A DNA stretch of 64,000 nt. Source: a virus (lineage: Duplodnaviria > Caudoviricetes). Under the pieces are notes generated by a model, which was not told where the DNA came from, ran no database searches, and worked only from the letters and a program-made list of their open reading frames with translations. The stretch lies in the IMG/VR virus record IMGVR_UViG_3300047564_001818, one strand, 5' to 3'. Position numbers and translations under genes: made by a program. Shown here in pieces: positions 45,265-56,139 of the stretch. The stretch's first letter is position 1. Each line of letters opens with the position of its first letter.

Positions 45265-46728
45265 TTAATTCCAATCTACCTTTTCTATGGTAAATGGGTA
45301 TTGAGCTTCCTTGTAAAACTTCTTTCGTTCGGTAAGGTGCCGCTTCGCATACTTGCACGTTGATGTCAAGTCCCATATTTGTACGAAGTCTTTGTCTTTT
45401 GCCTTTCTAACGCCTCTACCGATTGATTGAATTACTCTAACAAAACTTTTACCCGGTTCAAGCAATACAAGATTAAAAATACGCGGAATGTTAAGTCCAA
45501 CCGCAGCAACACCATACGTAGCAATAATTACTTCGTTTGTGCCTTCTCGAATTGTATCGTATGTTTCTTTTCTGTCTTTTACTTTAACAGCACCGCTAAC
45601 AAATGTGCTGCCGGGTATGAGTTTTTGTAACTCTTCGCCTGCCGAAATTCTGTCTACAAGTATTAGAGTGTTGCCTGATTCTTTAACCGTGTTTAATAAT
45701 TTGCCTATATATTCTATACGTTCTTTGTTTGTAACCAAATATTTTAATTCGTCTTGATAACCTCTGTGCGCTACTGTATCAATCAACTGTACAATATTAA
45801 CATGACAGTCTGCTAGCACACCTTTATCCTGTAGTTCTTTTGCTGTAATCTGTCCAATAACCGGTCCAAGGCTTGCGTGAATACTTTCAAACTCAAACTT
45901 CTCTTTGGGCACTGTACCAGTTAGTCCCCAGCGAATAGGAGCGTTACGCAAGTTACGGGTAAGTAGATTTTTTAGTACTTCTGCTTTGGCTTGGTGTACT
46001 TCGTCAACAATAACTGTGCTTACACCTTCCAAGAACTCTGCTAGGCTTAGCACTGCATCACCGTCTTTGTGACGCTTATCAAGAATGTTTAAACTTTGCC
46101 AAGTACAAATTGTGTGAGTTTTGCCCAACTGCTTTCTGTCACCAAAATACACACCCACATCAAGGCCGCAGTTGATATAATCTTCTTCAGTTTGTTCAAC
46201 CAAGCTTTTGTTAGGTACAATAACAAGACTGCGGCCATATGGTTCGCTAATGTGACTTAGAGTTGCTGTGGTAATAGTTTTACCTGCGCCAGTAGCAATC
46301 TGCTGTAGACTTTGAGGATTAGCAATAAAGTTGTTGATTGCTTCAACTTGATAATCACGCAACATAATTAACTCGCCTTCAGCAGGGTGACCCTTAGGCC
46401 AGCGTACATCTTGATCGGCCCAATAGGTTTCAGTGACAGGTGTAAAGTTTATCTGTATAGGATGTCTGTTATCCTCAATGTCTGCAATCTGAACATTGTT
46501 CTTTTGTAGAATGTCAATGATAACATCAAGGTGATTGACGTAACCGGTGCCGCCAATACCAAAGAACGCAACCTTGCCGTCCCATCGCCCTAGCTTAAAC
46601 TGAGGCATGTGTTTTGCATATGGCACTTCAAACTTTAGTGCATTTGCAAGTTTACGACGAACGTCAACATCAAGTCCTTCAAACTTAATGTTTACTTCGT
46701 CTTCAATAATTAACTTACACGTGGCCAT
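45265..46728 (-). CDS. uvsW: UvsW-like SF2 DNA helicase
   Basis: LRDYQ, ATGAGKT, VDEVH, GLTGT, ATYGVAAVGLNIP, QSIGRGVR; start revised to MATCKL. Confidence 0.9.
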   Translation of the reverse strand: MATCKLIIEDEVNIKFEGLDVDVRRKLANALKFEVPYAKHMPQFKLGRWDGKVAFFGIGGTGYVNHLDVIIDILQKNNVQIADIEDNRHPIQINFTPVTETYWADQDVRWPKGHPAEGELIMLRDYQVEAINNFIANPQSLQQIATGAGKTITTATLSHISEPYGRSLVIVPNKSLVEQTEEDYINCGLDVGVYFGDRKQLGKTHTICTWQSLNILDKRHKDGDAVLSLAEFLEGVSTVIVDEVHQAKAEVLKNLLTRNLRNAPIRWGLTGTVPKEKFEFESIHASLGPVIGQITAKELQDKGVLADCHVNIVQLIDTVAHRGYQDELKYLVTNKERIEYIGKLLNTVKESGNTLILVDRISAGEELQKLIPGSTFVSGAVKVKDRKETYDTIREGTNEVIIATYGVAAVGLNIPRIFNLVLLEPGKSFVRVIQSIGRGVRKAKDKDFVQIWDLTSTCKYAKRHLTERKKFYKEAQYPFTIEKVDWN

Positions 46729-47944
46729 AATATTGTGAATATCTCCGCATAGGGCTGAGCATGTCTTCTCTATACACAACTAGATCGCATCTGTTGTAAA
46801 CGTATGCGTCTACTGTACGATCTAGTTTGCTGGTATAACTAAAAGTTGCACAAGGTTGCCATTCGCTGTTGATCAACAGTTTAGGTAACTTGTCACTGCT
46901 AATATATACTATTTTTGTGTTGTTGTCAACCCAGTTGTTGAGTTTGCGATCTTTGACTAGTGTATTAAAACTGCTGTCGCCTTCTTGACGGAATAAAACA
47001 CTTTGCGATTCTGTAGGCAATATGTCTCTATAAAAGTTAGTTAAATCGTGTAGTTGATGTTCTGCATATTGACGATCAAGAATCACTAGCATCGGAAATC
47101 TCTGTAGATTCCACAATGCAAGTAGTATGTCAGATAGAGATTGTTCACTGGGTTTGCTTTGATAGCTAACATCATCTCTATATGCAATTGACTCTGTTAC
47201 TGATCTAGGATCAACAACTTCAACTTTTTCAATACCGTATCTGTGTCTTCGATCAATGTACAACAGCGCAGTTGATTGATCAAATGCTCCGATTTCTTTC
47301 TCTGCAACAGTTTGTGCATTAGGATGTAAATTTTTTAATTCGCCTTGATAAATGCCAGGAACATAATCCTGTTCACAGCAGCGAATGTCTACAATCTTTT
47401 GATAAATGTCTACAAGTTCACTATCAATTTTATAGTTTTTATCAACGAATCTGCTCAGCAGATTATACACATTGATTTCGTTTAGTACAAAATAATGTTC
47501 ATGTGTGCCTTTACTGTGATAATAATCTTTAGTATTGTTAATCTGATCAATCAGTGCTATATCTGATTTTTTAAATGGAAATCTAATTTTGATATACTTA
47601 CAACGTTCGTCAGCAGGATATGGAATATTTTCAGGATGATCTACTACAGTAATATATTTGCTGCGATCGATTTCACGCAGAGGATTGCGCAGTTTTTCTA
47701 ACGCACGATCAAATCCTATAACATCTTGATTTTCAAACTGCGATTTGTACTTGAGCAGTTTTTCTTTCATAAGAGTGTATTGACGATCTGTCATAGCAGT
47801 ATTACGAAAAACTTGACGAGCAACACTTTCTATGATTGAACGATCGCTTACGTCAACGTTAAATGCGAGATTATGCTTTTGAAGTCCTGACAGGATTTCA
47901 AGACAATCTTCTATTGTGTGTATACCTATTTTCTGCATACACAC
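46715..47944 (-). CDS. Hypothetical protein upstream of the helicase
   Basis: 409 aa; TTGACA-type promoter upstream. Confidence 0.7.
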   Translation of the reverse strand: MCMQKIGIHTIEDCLEILSGLQKHNLAFNVDVSDRSIIESVARQVFRNTAMTDRQYTLMKEKLLKYKSQFENQDVIGFDRALEKLRNPLREIDRSKYITVVDHPENIPYPADERCKYIKIRFPFKKSDIALIDQINNTKDYYHSKGTHEHYFVLNEINVYNLLSRFVDKNYKIDSELVDIYQKIVDIRCCEQDYVPGIYQGELKNLHPNAQTVAEKEIGAFDQSTALLYIDRRHRYGIEKVEVVDPRSVTESIAYRDDVSYQSKPSEQSLSDILLALWNLQRFPMLVILDRQYAEHQLHDLTNFYRDILPTESQSVLFRQEGDSSFNTLVKDRKLNNWVDNNTKIVYISSDKLPKLLINSEWQPCATFSYTSKLDRTVDAYVYNRCDLVVYREDMLSPMRRYSQYYGHV

Positions 47945-47952
47945 AATATAAC

Positions 47953-48828
47953 TTAAAAAAGCTTGTGTGTCAACTGTTTAAGTGGTAGGCCTTGTGCTAT
48001 TTCTTCCGCAGTCCATTCTGTATAAGCATAATCGTTTAACCATTGTGTTCTGTCTAGCATCAACGGATTTTCTATGTCGTGTAAGAAATCTATGTCGTTG
48101 GCTACATCATAAGCAAGGCTATGATTACTAACAAAGCTAGGAATCCCGTTGATAACACTGTGTATGCCAGGATTGCTACTCCAATTAATAGTAGCAAATA
48201 TATTGTCAAAAGCCATATTAAAATCGTCGTAAGTACCGTCAATGTGCTGTGGTTCCTGTCTGTACACATATTTAAGTCCGTGTTCTATATCAGGTAATCT
48301 ACATCTAGGATGTGGACGAAATATAATAGGCCTAAGTGTATGCTTGCGTATTTCAGTATAAACTTTTAAAAACCAGTTGCTTATACTGGGTTGATTTTGC
48401 CATTGTAAGCTCTTATCGTGTTGCCCAGCAATAAGAATGTATTCTCCAGTTGTACGCCAAGGCTTAACTGTTAGACCTAGTGTCTGCGCTCTCTCTCCAG
48501 TATTTCCGCTATCACAGAAGTAGGCGTCGCGGTTGATGCCATTAAGGCCGACCTTCCACGTTGTGCCTCTTTGTATGCCCCCCACTTCAAGAACAATGAT
48601 AGGTTTATTACTAGCAGTGACAGCGTTCCAGATATTACGATTGCTAGCCATGCGGCCGTGAAATAAAACACTCCAAATAACATGAACATCGGAATCGACA
48701 TAATTAGTAGAATTGGAAATAATACCACCACTGCTAGTAACAGCATTAGCAAAGGCATCAAAAACAGGACGTGAATTAAGCGCACCGTATTCTCTCCACA
48801 GTTTAAATTTTTTGCCAGTAAGGTTCAT
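47953..48828 (-). CDS. Putative glycosyltransferase (capsule-biosynthesis-like)
   Basis: QHDKS, FRPHPR, INWSSNPGIHSVINGIP pattern. Confidence 0.6.
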   Translation of the reverse strand: MNLTGKKFKLWREYGALNSRPVFDAFANAVTSSGGIISNSTNYVDSDVHVIWSVLFHGRMASNRNIWNAVTASNKPIIVLEVGGIQRGTTWKVGLNGINRDAYFCDSGNTGERAQTLGLTVKPWRTTGEYILIAGQHDKSLQWQNQPSISNWFLKVYTEIRKHTLRPIIFRPHPRCRLPDIEHGLKYVYRQEPQHIDGTYDDFNMAFDNIFATINWSSNPGIHSVINGIPSFVSNHSLAYDVANDIDFLHDIENPLMLDRTQWLNDYAYTEWTAEEIAQGLPLKQLTHKLF

Positions 48829-49651
48829 TTCTATGACCCATTAGATCTTTGCATTTACTAGCGCCTTCAAACTTGCGATCGCCTTTCATGTGATCCATCC
48901 AACGTCCTAGTTTACTATTGATCAATGGATGGCCGCCGCCGCCTGTTTTAGCAGTATTTGACAAGTATATTTCAGCTGAATAATCTAATACATTAGGTGC
49001 TGTTTGTTTCATATTTTCTAATATATGGCCAAAAACAAAACTGTCATGCCATTCATCTAACATAAAGATCCCATTCTCTGCATCTTTATACATTCGTTCA
49101 AACTCTGTTAAAAATTCTTGACACACTGGGTCTTTTAGATTCATTCCATAAAACCCACACTCAGGCCAAGTCTGACTTCCTTTACCTCGACCTACATATG
49201 TAATCCAACTGGTATTAGGAAGCAGATCACAAAAATCATTATAATCCCACGGTGAGTGTATAAAACTGTCAGCATCCATCCATACACACCAGTCTATTGA
49301 ACGTTCGCAAGCATCAAACACAGCATATACTTTGTTGGCAAATCTTACTGCGTCCCATTTAAATTCTTTGTTCCAGTCTCTTAGTCTGCGTTCTGGCCAC
49401 GGACATTTACCATTTGCTTTAGGCACATCCTTCCATTGTTCTTTAAATGCATTTAATTTTGGTAATGATTTTTTAGCATCTAATATTTCTATACGCATAG
49501 GATCAGGGTTATTAGGCATGCAATCTTCAGCATAAACTAAAAGTTTAATTCGTTTGTCTACGTGTCTAGCAAAGCTATCTAAAAATTTTTCTCCATAAAC
49601 ACTATAATGTTTGTTATGAAAGGTAGTTACTACTGTAATGTGTTTTGTCAT
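48803..49651 (-). CDS. Putative glycosyltransferase (GT-A, DAD motif)
   Basis: KVYAVF, VWMDADS, ECGFY, WHDSFVF; probable start MTKHIT. Confidence 0.6.
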   Translation of the reverse strand: MTKHITVVTTFHNKHYSVYGEKFLDSFARHVDKRIKLLVYAEDCMPNNPDPMRIEILDAKKSLPKLNAFKEQWKDVPKANGKCPWPERRLRDWNKEFKWDAVRFANKVYAVFDACERSIDWCVWMDADSFIHSPWDYNDFCDLLPNTSWITYVGRGKGSQTWPECGFYGMNLKDPVCQEFLTEFERMYKDAENGIFMLDEWHDSFVFGHILENMKQTAPNVLDYSAEIYLSNTAKTGGGGHPLINSKLGRWMDHMKGDRKFEGASKCKDLMGHRNEPYWQKI

Positions 49652-50580
49652 TTTTTGGCCCAATTCCTTAGATGCTTCCATGCAGTTCCGTCTTTGAGTT
49701 CGCTTAAACTCCAGTGCATTTGTGCCATTTTCTTTACCCATAATTCTCTATCGAATTCTTTAATATTTTCTAATCGTGACAAATCATGATGAGAAACTTC
49801 AGCTGCTTGACTGTGCTTTGGATCAAGCACGAATGTAGGTACACCTTCTATAGCCGCGGCCACTGCTGGACTTGAATTATAATTTATTACTGCGTGTGCA
49901 AACTTAAAATCCTGAAGTATGCTTTCGTTATGACTAATAACTACGTTTGATAACCTATATCTTGCTAAAGATCTTTTATGAGTTAGCACATTTTTATCGC
50001 CTGGATGAAATCTTACTATTATACGTCTATCGCTATATTTCCTGATGTCAGTTACAGTTTTTACCAACCAAGGTAATAGTTTATTATCTCCCATGCTCCA
50101 ACCTCCGTCTCGTTGACAACAGATTAGTATGTCCTTACCTGTTTTCTGTAACGGTTTGAGAGTTAGGTTAAGATTCTTACTAATTGTTTCCCATCTTTCA
50201 GGATCAGGATTGCTATTACAGTATTCTCCTGTATTAGGAAAAATACCGTCATAACTGTATCTCAAATAACCTCTGCTGTTGCCAGAGTCTGCATATAAAA
50301 AGAGATTACTGTCAACAATAATGCTTCTTTTACCATCTCGCTGTTGTTTTTCAAATACTTCTTTTCTTAGATTAAGGTGAGGTACATTTTTGCTACCAGG
50401 ATGTACATAACCTTGTACAACAGCTACATCAGCATCGATGGGATTGTAATCAGTTACTATAGTTCCTTCATCGCCGCAGCGCCATACACCTTCTATAAAA
50501 TTTACAATAATAGCAGGCTTTTCTGGATTGGTATTTCCTGGCGGAATGCCCATTAAGTACGACGCTACTTTAGTAGTCAT
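49648..50580 (-). CDS. Putative glycosyltransferase (capsule-biosynthesis-like)
   Basis: VRFHPG, INYNSSPAVAAAIEGVP; paralogue of 47953..48828. Confidence 0.6.
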   Translation of the reverse strand: MTTKVASYLMGIPPGNTNPEKPAIIVNFIEGVWRCGDEGTIVTDYNPIDADVAVVQGYVHPGSKNVPHLNLRKEVFEKQQRDGKRSIIVDSNLFLYADSGNSRGYLRYSYDGIFPNTGEYCNSNPDPERWETISKNLNLTLKPLQKTGKDILICCQRDGGWSMGDNKLLPWLVKTVTDIRKYSDRRIIVRFHPGDKNVLTHKRSLARYRLSNVVISHNESILQDFKFAHAVINYNSSPAVAAAIEGVPTFVLDPKHSQAAEVSHHDLSRLENIKEFDRELWVKKMAQMHWSLSELKDGTAWKHLRNWAKK

Positions 50581-51383
50581 TTTAGATCATACTCCTCTAT
50601 TAATCGCATTGCAGTTCCATTTAGCATTTCTTCAGGAGTATACTGACAGTGTCCTAGCCAATGCTGCCATTTAATTACTTTGGATTCATCTTCATACAAC
50701 GGTGTTTCTATTTTGCTAAGATCTTTTAAACAGAAAGGATCTGCTGCATTTGGTGCAAGTGTAAAACATGGAATACCGTAACCTATTGCTTCAGTGGCTG
50801 CTATACTGTTGTACGTAACTACAGCAAATATACCGTCTTCTTCAAATTGATTGTATATGCTCTTATCACCTGTTCGATCTTTTCTTAGGCCTTTATTTCT
50901 TATTATAATTTTTCTATCAGTGTGTTTGGTTAATTCTGTAATAGTATTTTCTAACCATTCGTCTCTGTTTATACCGTAAAAGTTACAAGGTTTATCGCTA
51001 GGAGTAACAATTAAAATATTATCTCCATCTTTTCGCCATTTATTAAAACGCACAAATTCTTGACCATTAATTATAAAATTAAATCGATTGTCTGGCAAAT
51101 CGTATCTAATATTAGAGTGTTGCATTCCGTTTTTTACCACACGATGCCAGTCCTTTCTTTTAAATAAATTTCCGTAATAACCTGTGTCTATATAAAAATA
51201 ATCTCTATTTGTTTTAACGCATTCTGATACAGTTTTACGCTGAGCCATACTTCTAAAAATAACAGGAATATCCTTGTTGAAATTCTTTAAATCTTTATAG
51301 GTAGATATAGGAGTTGCGTTGACAGACTTAGCTAGACATCCAACAATAGCATCATTTACATCAATGGCTAACATGTCAGTCAT
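50577..51383 (-). CDS. Putative glycosyltransferase (capsule-biosynthesis-like)
   Basis: YIDTGY, VTYNSIAATEAIGYGIP; third paralogue. Confidence 0.6.
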   Translation of the reverse strand: MTDMLAIDVNDAIVGCLAKSVNATPISTYKDLKNFNKDIPVIFRSMAQRKTVSECVKTNRDYFYIDTGYYGNLFKRKDWHRVVKNGMQHSNIRYDLPDNRFNFIINGQEFVRFNKWRKDGDNILIVTPSDKPCNFYGINRDEWLENTITELTKHTDRKIIIRNKGLRKDRTGDKSIYNQFEEDGIFAVVTYNSIAATEAIGYGIPCFTLAPNAADPFCLKDLSKIETPLYEDESKVIKWQHWLGHCQYTPEEMLNGTAMRLIEEYDLK

Positions 51384-52053
51384 TCATCATTGCCTGTAAT
51401 TCTTCTTTCCATATTTCATGGAATTTGCAGTTTCTATAATGTTCAAACCAAGGACCGCCTTCGGTATAATGAATTAGGTTAGGAACATCAATATCATCAT
51501 ACACACCTACTAGATAATTCCAAGTATGATCTAGAGATCCAATTTCTTCATCTTTTAACCAGCTAAATCTGTGTAGATAGGCACCAGTTATGCTAGGATC
51601 GTTAACTAGTTCTTTTGTAAGCTGCTTGTTACTAGGATGACTGCAATTGATAAGCATAGCACTCGACCAATTTTTGCGTGGGTAAACAGTCTGTTTTTGA
51701 CCGTCCATCTTTGTGCCTTCTGCCACAGCGTAATCATGCTGAACACACATTACAGCATAACGATCGTCTGCTTGATCAAACAATTCTTTGATGTCTGTAG
51801 TGAGAATCATATCACAATCCATAAACAATGCCCAACCACTAAAATCAGTTAGTTCAGGAATAAGGAAACGAGTAAACGTAAATTCTGTGCTTGCTAGTTT
51901 GTCAACATCTCTCCAATACATGCCCTGTTCTCTGAGCTCAGGTTGCTTCAACGGAACAACTTCTGCTGCAGGTTGTCTACTTATAATACTATGCTTGCAC
52001 ACTTGATATGCAATGTCTTCTCTACTGTCCCATCCTACAAATATTTTCATCAA
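51376..52053 (-). CDS. Glycosyltransferase (GT8-like)
   Basis: IFVGWDSRE, STEFTFTRF, FMDCDM, YPRKNWSS, IHYTEGGPW. Confidence 0.8.
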   Translation of the reverse strand: MMKIFVGWDSREDIAYQVCKHSIISRQPAAEVVPLKQPELREQGMYWRDVDKLASTEFTFTRFLIPELTDFSGWALFMDCDMILTTDIKELFDQADDRYAVMCVQHDYAVAEGTKMDGQKQTVYPRKNWSSAMLINCSHPSNKQLTKELVNDPSITGAYLHRFSWLKDEEIGSLDHTWNYLVGVYDDIDVPNLIHYTEGGPWFEHYRNCKFHEIWKEELQAMMND

Positions 52054-52826
52054 TCTCTTCTTTCAATATCTTCTTCTATACATTTATCACCATATTGTAC
52101 TTCTAATATATGGCAAGGCTGGTCTGTTTCATTAATAGCTTTGTGCCAAACTTCGACGCCAACAACATAGGTACTGTTTTGATAAAGGTGTTGGGAGTCT
52201 TTGCGATTGTTAAATTCAGTATCCATTCTAAGGGTTCCACTTAGAACATACCAGTGTTCAGCTCTAAAACTGTGCCGCTGATCTGATAGACTACACATAG
52301 GATTTATTACAAGTTCTTTTACTTTAATTCCTTGATTGGGTTTGTCATCCAGTACTCGCCAATATCCCCAAGGACGTTCAGTTTTTTGTGTGCGCCAGCT
52401 ATCTAATATCCAGCTTGATGAATTACGTTTATCTTCGCCGCCGATGCCCCATGCAAACTCTAATCCATAGGTATTTTTGTACAATTCATATTCAGGAGTA
52501 GTACCGTTATTTCTATCTCCGCCGTTTGCAAATATTACAGTATTGCTTTCTCCGTAGGTGCTTAACATTTTGTAGATAGCATGGCAAGCTGTTCCGTCTT
52601 CGTCGTTAAATGCAACAACATCATCTACCATTTTGAGATTTTTTATAATAGCTGCACGTTCTTCCCACGGCATAAAAGGACGACCTTTTTTTCGAGCAAG
52701 CCAAGCATCACTGTTTAAACCAACAACCAGGCGATCGCCCAAATGTCGCGCTGCTTTAAAATACTCAATGTGTCCTGAGTGTAGAGGATCAAAGCCTCCT
52801 GTTACAAGTACTATACGTTTGTTCAT
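52050..52826 (-). CDS. Cytidylyltransferase-cupin fusion
   Basis: GGFDPLHSGH, VVGLNSD, FANGGDR, then RPWGYW and SDQRH...EHW. Confidence 0.85.
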   Translation of the reverse strand: MNKRIVLVTGGFDPLHSGHIEYFKAARHLGDRLVVGLNSDAWLARKKGRPFMPWEERAAIIKNLKMVDDVVAFNDEDGTACHAIYKMLSTYGESNTVIFANGGDRNNGTTPEYELYKNTYGLEFAWGIGGEDKRNSSSWILDSWRTQKTERPWGYWRVLDDKPNQGIKVKELVINPMCSLSDQRHSFRAEHWYVLSGTLRMDTEFNNRKDSQHLYQNSTYVVGVEVWHKAINETDQPCHILEVQYGDKCIEEDIERRD

Positions 52827-52854
52827 ACAGATATTTATATGAGCAGTTAATTGG

Positions 52855-53379
52855 TTAAATTATTTTTTGTCCTACAAACACATGATCCTTCCACCTAAAA
52901 GAATCCTTTGCAGTAGCGTTATAATCTATCCAATTATGTAAAAGTTTTATTTCACACTCTTCTGCAATAGCTTTAAAAGAATCATCCATAAATCTCCAGC
53001 AGTCTCTAACATCATGTCTAGGCCCAGAACTGGGAGCAATCAATATCATATGTCCACCATTTTTTAAGACACGCTTCATTTCTAATACGCTTCGAAACGG
53101 ATTTTTTACATGTTCTAGTACCTGGCCAGAAACAATCAAATCAATACTGTTATCATCAAAAGGCAACTCATATTCTCCTAGCATAACATGTGTTACATTT
53201 TCTCCAGGAATAATATCTGCTATGTAATAATTTAAAATTGGAATTGAAAATAATGATTTATAAGATCTGTCTCCATTTAAACCACGACCGCCTATATCTA
53301 AGATATTTAGATTAGATCTTTTATTAATCTCAATAAGAGAAAGTGCAATTTTCATATTTTCAATTGAAGAAGTGTGCAT
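52855..53379 (-). CDS. SAM-dependent methyltransferase
   Basis: ILDIGGR, LPF.DNSIDLIVS.QVLEHV. Confidence 0.85.
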   Translation of the reverse strand: MHTSSIENMKIALSLIEINKRSNLNILDIGGRGLNGDRSYKSLFSIPILNYYIADIIPGENVTHVMLGEYELPFDDNSIDLIVSGQVLEHVKNPFRSVLEMKRVLKNGGHMILIAPSSGPRHDVRDCWRFMDDSFKAIAEECEIKLLHNWIDYNATAKDSFRWKDHVFVGQKII

Positions 53380-53975
53380 TAAAAAACTTCCTTTATAAGA
53401 TCTTGATATGTAATTAAAGGTAGATCATATACGTTTTTTTCATAAAATGTCCATGAATTTTCGACATTAAATTTTTTAGGAACTTGAGATTCTTTTTTTA
53501 TAAATCCACATCCTTCATCTATTAACACTAATTTAAATAAAATGTCTTCTCGAGATGCTAGATCAAAACTTAATCTCCATACATCCCCTAGCCATGTTTT
53601 AGGAAAAGGATCGGGAATAGGAACAACAGCTTCGTCTTGGATTCTAGGTAACATGTCATGAATTATTATTATTCCATTATCGTTCAAACAGTTTAAAGAA
53701 TTTTCAAAATCCTTTAATACCTGTTCATAATAATGTAATCCATCTATAAATATCACATCAAAGGTGTCTGTATTTTGAAGGAAAAATTCATCACTAGTCA
53801 TTCTTCTATTTCCACCTTGAACGGGATCAACACCAATTTTGTAACTGCATTTTGCGTTGTTAAAAATTTTATCTTTAAAGCAACCTATTTCTAAATATTT
53901 TTTTGCGTTTGTTTTGTCAATAGACAAATTAATCAAATCTAACCTAGATTCGTTAGTAAATGAAAAGTTAAGCAT
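53379..53975 (-). CDS. Methyltransferase (Methyltransf_24-like)
   Basis: YLEIGC, FDVIFIDGLH, IIIHD. Confidence 0.8.
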   Translation of the reverse strand: MLNFSFTNESRLDLINLSIDKTNAKKYLEIGCFKDKIFNNAKCSYKIGVDPVQGGNRRMTSDEFFLQNTDTFDVIFIDGLHYYEQVLKDFENSLNCLNDNGIIIIHDMLPRIQDEAVVPIPDPFPKTWLGDVWRLSFDLASREDILFKLVLIDEGCGFIKKESQVPKKFNVENSWTFYEKNVYDLPLITYQDLIKEVF

Positions 53976-54909
53976 TTAACATTTCCTTAATATATTCTTC
54001 GATGTTTTTAGTAGGCTGCCAACCAAATGTTTCTTTTAATTTATTATTATTAGCAAGAGTTTCCTTTGCTTCACCTAATCTAGAATCAATAAAAACAGTG
54101 CTTTTACTAATCATGTCTGCTAATTCAAGAACACTATAATTTATACCGGTTCCTACATTAAACACAGTTCCATAAAGATTGTGATCGTCATGTGTCATTG
54201 CTAACATATTAGCAGAAACAACGTCGTCTACATGTGTAAAATCTCTACGCTGTGTTCCAGGAGGCACAATTGTTAATGATTGTCGAGCTTTAAATTGTCT
54301 AATAAAAAGTCCCACAACAGGAGCATATGGACCCTTTAATGGTTCTCTCGGGCCGTACACATTAAAATATCGAAAAATAATAGTCTTTAGACCAAAAAGA
54401 TCTGTATACATTTTACAAAGTTTTTCACCGGCAACTTTTGATACACTGTAGGGATTTAGGCAATCATCTGGCATAGTTTCGTTAAGTGGAGGATTGTTTA
54501 TTCTTCCATACCCTGAACTAGTACTACTGTATATAACTTTTTTTACGTTAGCTTCTCTAGAACATTGTAATACCGTTGCAGTACCTAACGTATTAGTTTT
54601 AACAGCAAGTAAAGGATTGTTAATAGACGGTTGTATTCTTGATTCTGCTGCGCAATGAAATACATAATCTACATTTTCATAAAGTGTTCTTGTATTTTCG
54701 TAATCAGCTATATCTAATTTGTAGTATTTTGCTTTGTTATTATAATAAAAATTATTGTGTACTTGAGATGTTTCGTTGTCTATAACAGTAACTTCATAAT
54801 TATCATTTACTAGTTTATCAACAATATGAGAGCCAATAAAGCCGGCGCCACCAGTAACTATACATTTCATTTTTAATCCTTGATAAATTAACTGTGTATT
54901 TATCTCCAA
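53968..54909 (-). CDS. NAD-dependent nucleotide-sugar epimerase/dehydratase
   Basis: TGGAGFIGSH, YSSTSS, YSVSK, RYFNVYGP, RDFTHV. Confidence 0.92.
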   Translation of the reverse strand: MEINTQLIYQGLKMKCIVTGGAGFIGSHIVDKLVNDNYEVTVIDNETSQVHNNFYYNNKAKYYKLDIADYENTRTLYENVDYVFHCAAESRIQPSINNPLLAVKTNTLGTATVLQCSREANVKKVIYSSTSSGYGRINNPPLNETMPDDCLNPYSVSKVAGEKLCKMYTDLFGLKTIIFRYFNVYGPREPLKGPYAPVVGLFIRQFKARQSLTIVPPGTQRRDFTHVDDVVSANMLAMTHDDHNLYGTVFNVGTGINYSVLELADMISKSTVFIDSRLGEAKETLANNNKLKETFGWQPTKNIEEYIKEMLNA

Positions 54910-54934
54910 TAAATATTACTTTAATGAGATCTCA

Positions 54935-55567
54935 ATGAAAAAAATTATATTTCAAATCAATGTTCCTAATCATATACAAACAACTAATCTTACAGCGTAT
55001 TCTTTTATTTCAGAAATGTATGAAGTAAGCGAAAGAAATGCAAAGATGTACGCTAAAAAATGTGAGGCGGACTATTATAAAGTTTCAGTTGCTGATGATT
55101 TTCTTCCTGCAAAAGGAAAACATCTCGATTATCAAAAATTAAAAATATATGATTTTATTGATTATGACAGAGTTGTATACCTTGATTCAGATTTTATTAT
55201 CAAAGATAATGCACCTAATATTTTTAATCTTTGCGGGGATAATTTTGCTGCTGTAATAGACCCTGGAAAAACTGTTGGCGAGTTAGCATCTAATTTAGGT
55301 ATTCCTAGAGACAATTATTTTAATGCAGGATTTATGCATATTACTAAAAATGTATTAAACAAAACAAAGGAATTTCTTGCAGAATATCTTGAAAAAGAAT
55401 ATGAATATCAAGGACAAGGTCTGCTTAACAAGTTGTTTTATGATAAAAATATTAATATAAAGCAGTTAGATGCTAGAGAATGGAATCCTGTTAACAAAAC
55501 ATTTGGATTATATGCCGATCATTATGCAGGCGGCAGAAAAAGAAAATGGGGTACAGTTATCTACTAA
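54935..55567 (+). CDS. Glycosyltransferase (GT8-like), inverted orientation
   Basis: YDRVVYLDSD, YFNAGF, QGLLN. Confidence 0.75.
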   Translation: MKKIIFQINVPNHIQTTNLTAYSFISEMYEVSERNAKMYAKKCEADYYKVSVADDFLPAKGKHLDYQKLKIYDFIDYDRVVYLDSDFIIKDNAPNIFNLCGDNFAAVIDPGKTVGELASNLGIPRDNYFNAGFMHITKNVLNKTKEFLAEYLEKEYEYQGQGLLNKLFYDKNINIKQLDAREWNPVNKTFGLYADHYAGGRKRKWGTVIY

Positions 55568-56139
55568 ACTGAGTTTAGATGCCATGTAAAACTAAAGTTA
55601 TGATTTTCTAATGTTACAATATTATTCAAATCAAAACTCATATCTACTATGCCAGTGTTTAACATTGTATCAGCTGGCATAACTCCTTCATTTTTTGAAA
55701 ATGTAACTAATTTTTCAGCACCTTGAGGTGAAACACAATATCCAGCACCGCTAGCCCACCAATCTCCTATGTATATAGGTTTAGCTAAAGAGCCTTTTAC
55801 AAATTTATATACGTCAGTGAATTCTATTTGTGGAAAGGGTGCATTAATAATTACGTCATGTTCGAATATACAGATTGATTCGTTTAACTCTATACTTTTT
55901 TGCCATAAACTATAATGACTTAACAAACAACCTACAGTTCCCGGACGTTCAAACGATTTTCTACTTTTGCGATGATTTGGATTTCTAAAAAGATCAAATT
56001 CTTCTAATGAATGATGCAGACCATTTATACCTTCAAAATATTCAATGTTCCAATTATGATTAATTGCAGAATTGTATGCGTTTGTTGACCATTCTACACT
56101 ATTAGGAAAATCTGATAAACGTATTATATAACTTTTCAT
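55564..56139 (-). CDS. Glycosyltransferase family 25-like
   Basis: GCLLSHYSLW, IFEHDV, GYCVSPQGAEKL, PAD. Confidence 0.8.
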   Translation of the reverse strand: MKSYIIRLSDFPNSVEWSTNAYNSAINHNWNIEYFEGINGLHHSLEEFDLFRNPNHRKSRKSFERPGTVGCLLSHYSLWQKSIELNESICIFEHDVIINAPFPQIEFTDVYKFVKGSLAKPIYIGDWWASGAGYCVSPQGAEKLVTFSKNEGVMPADTMLNTGIVDMSFDLNNIVTLENHNFSFTWHLNSV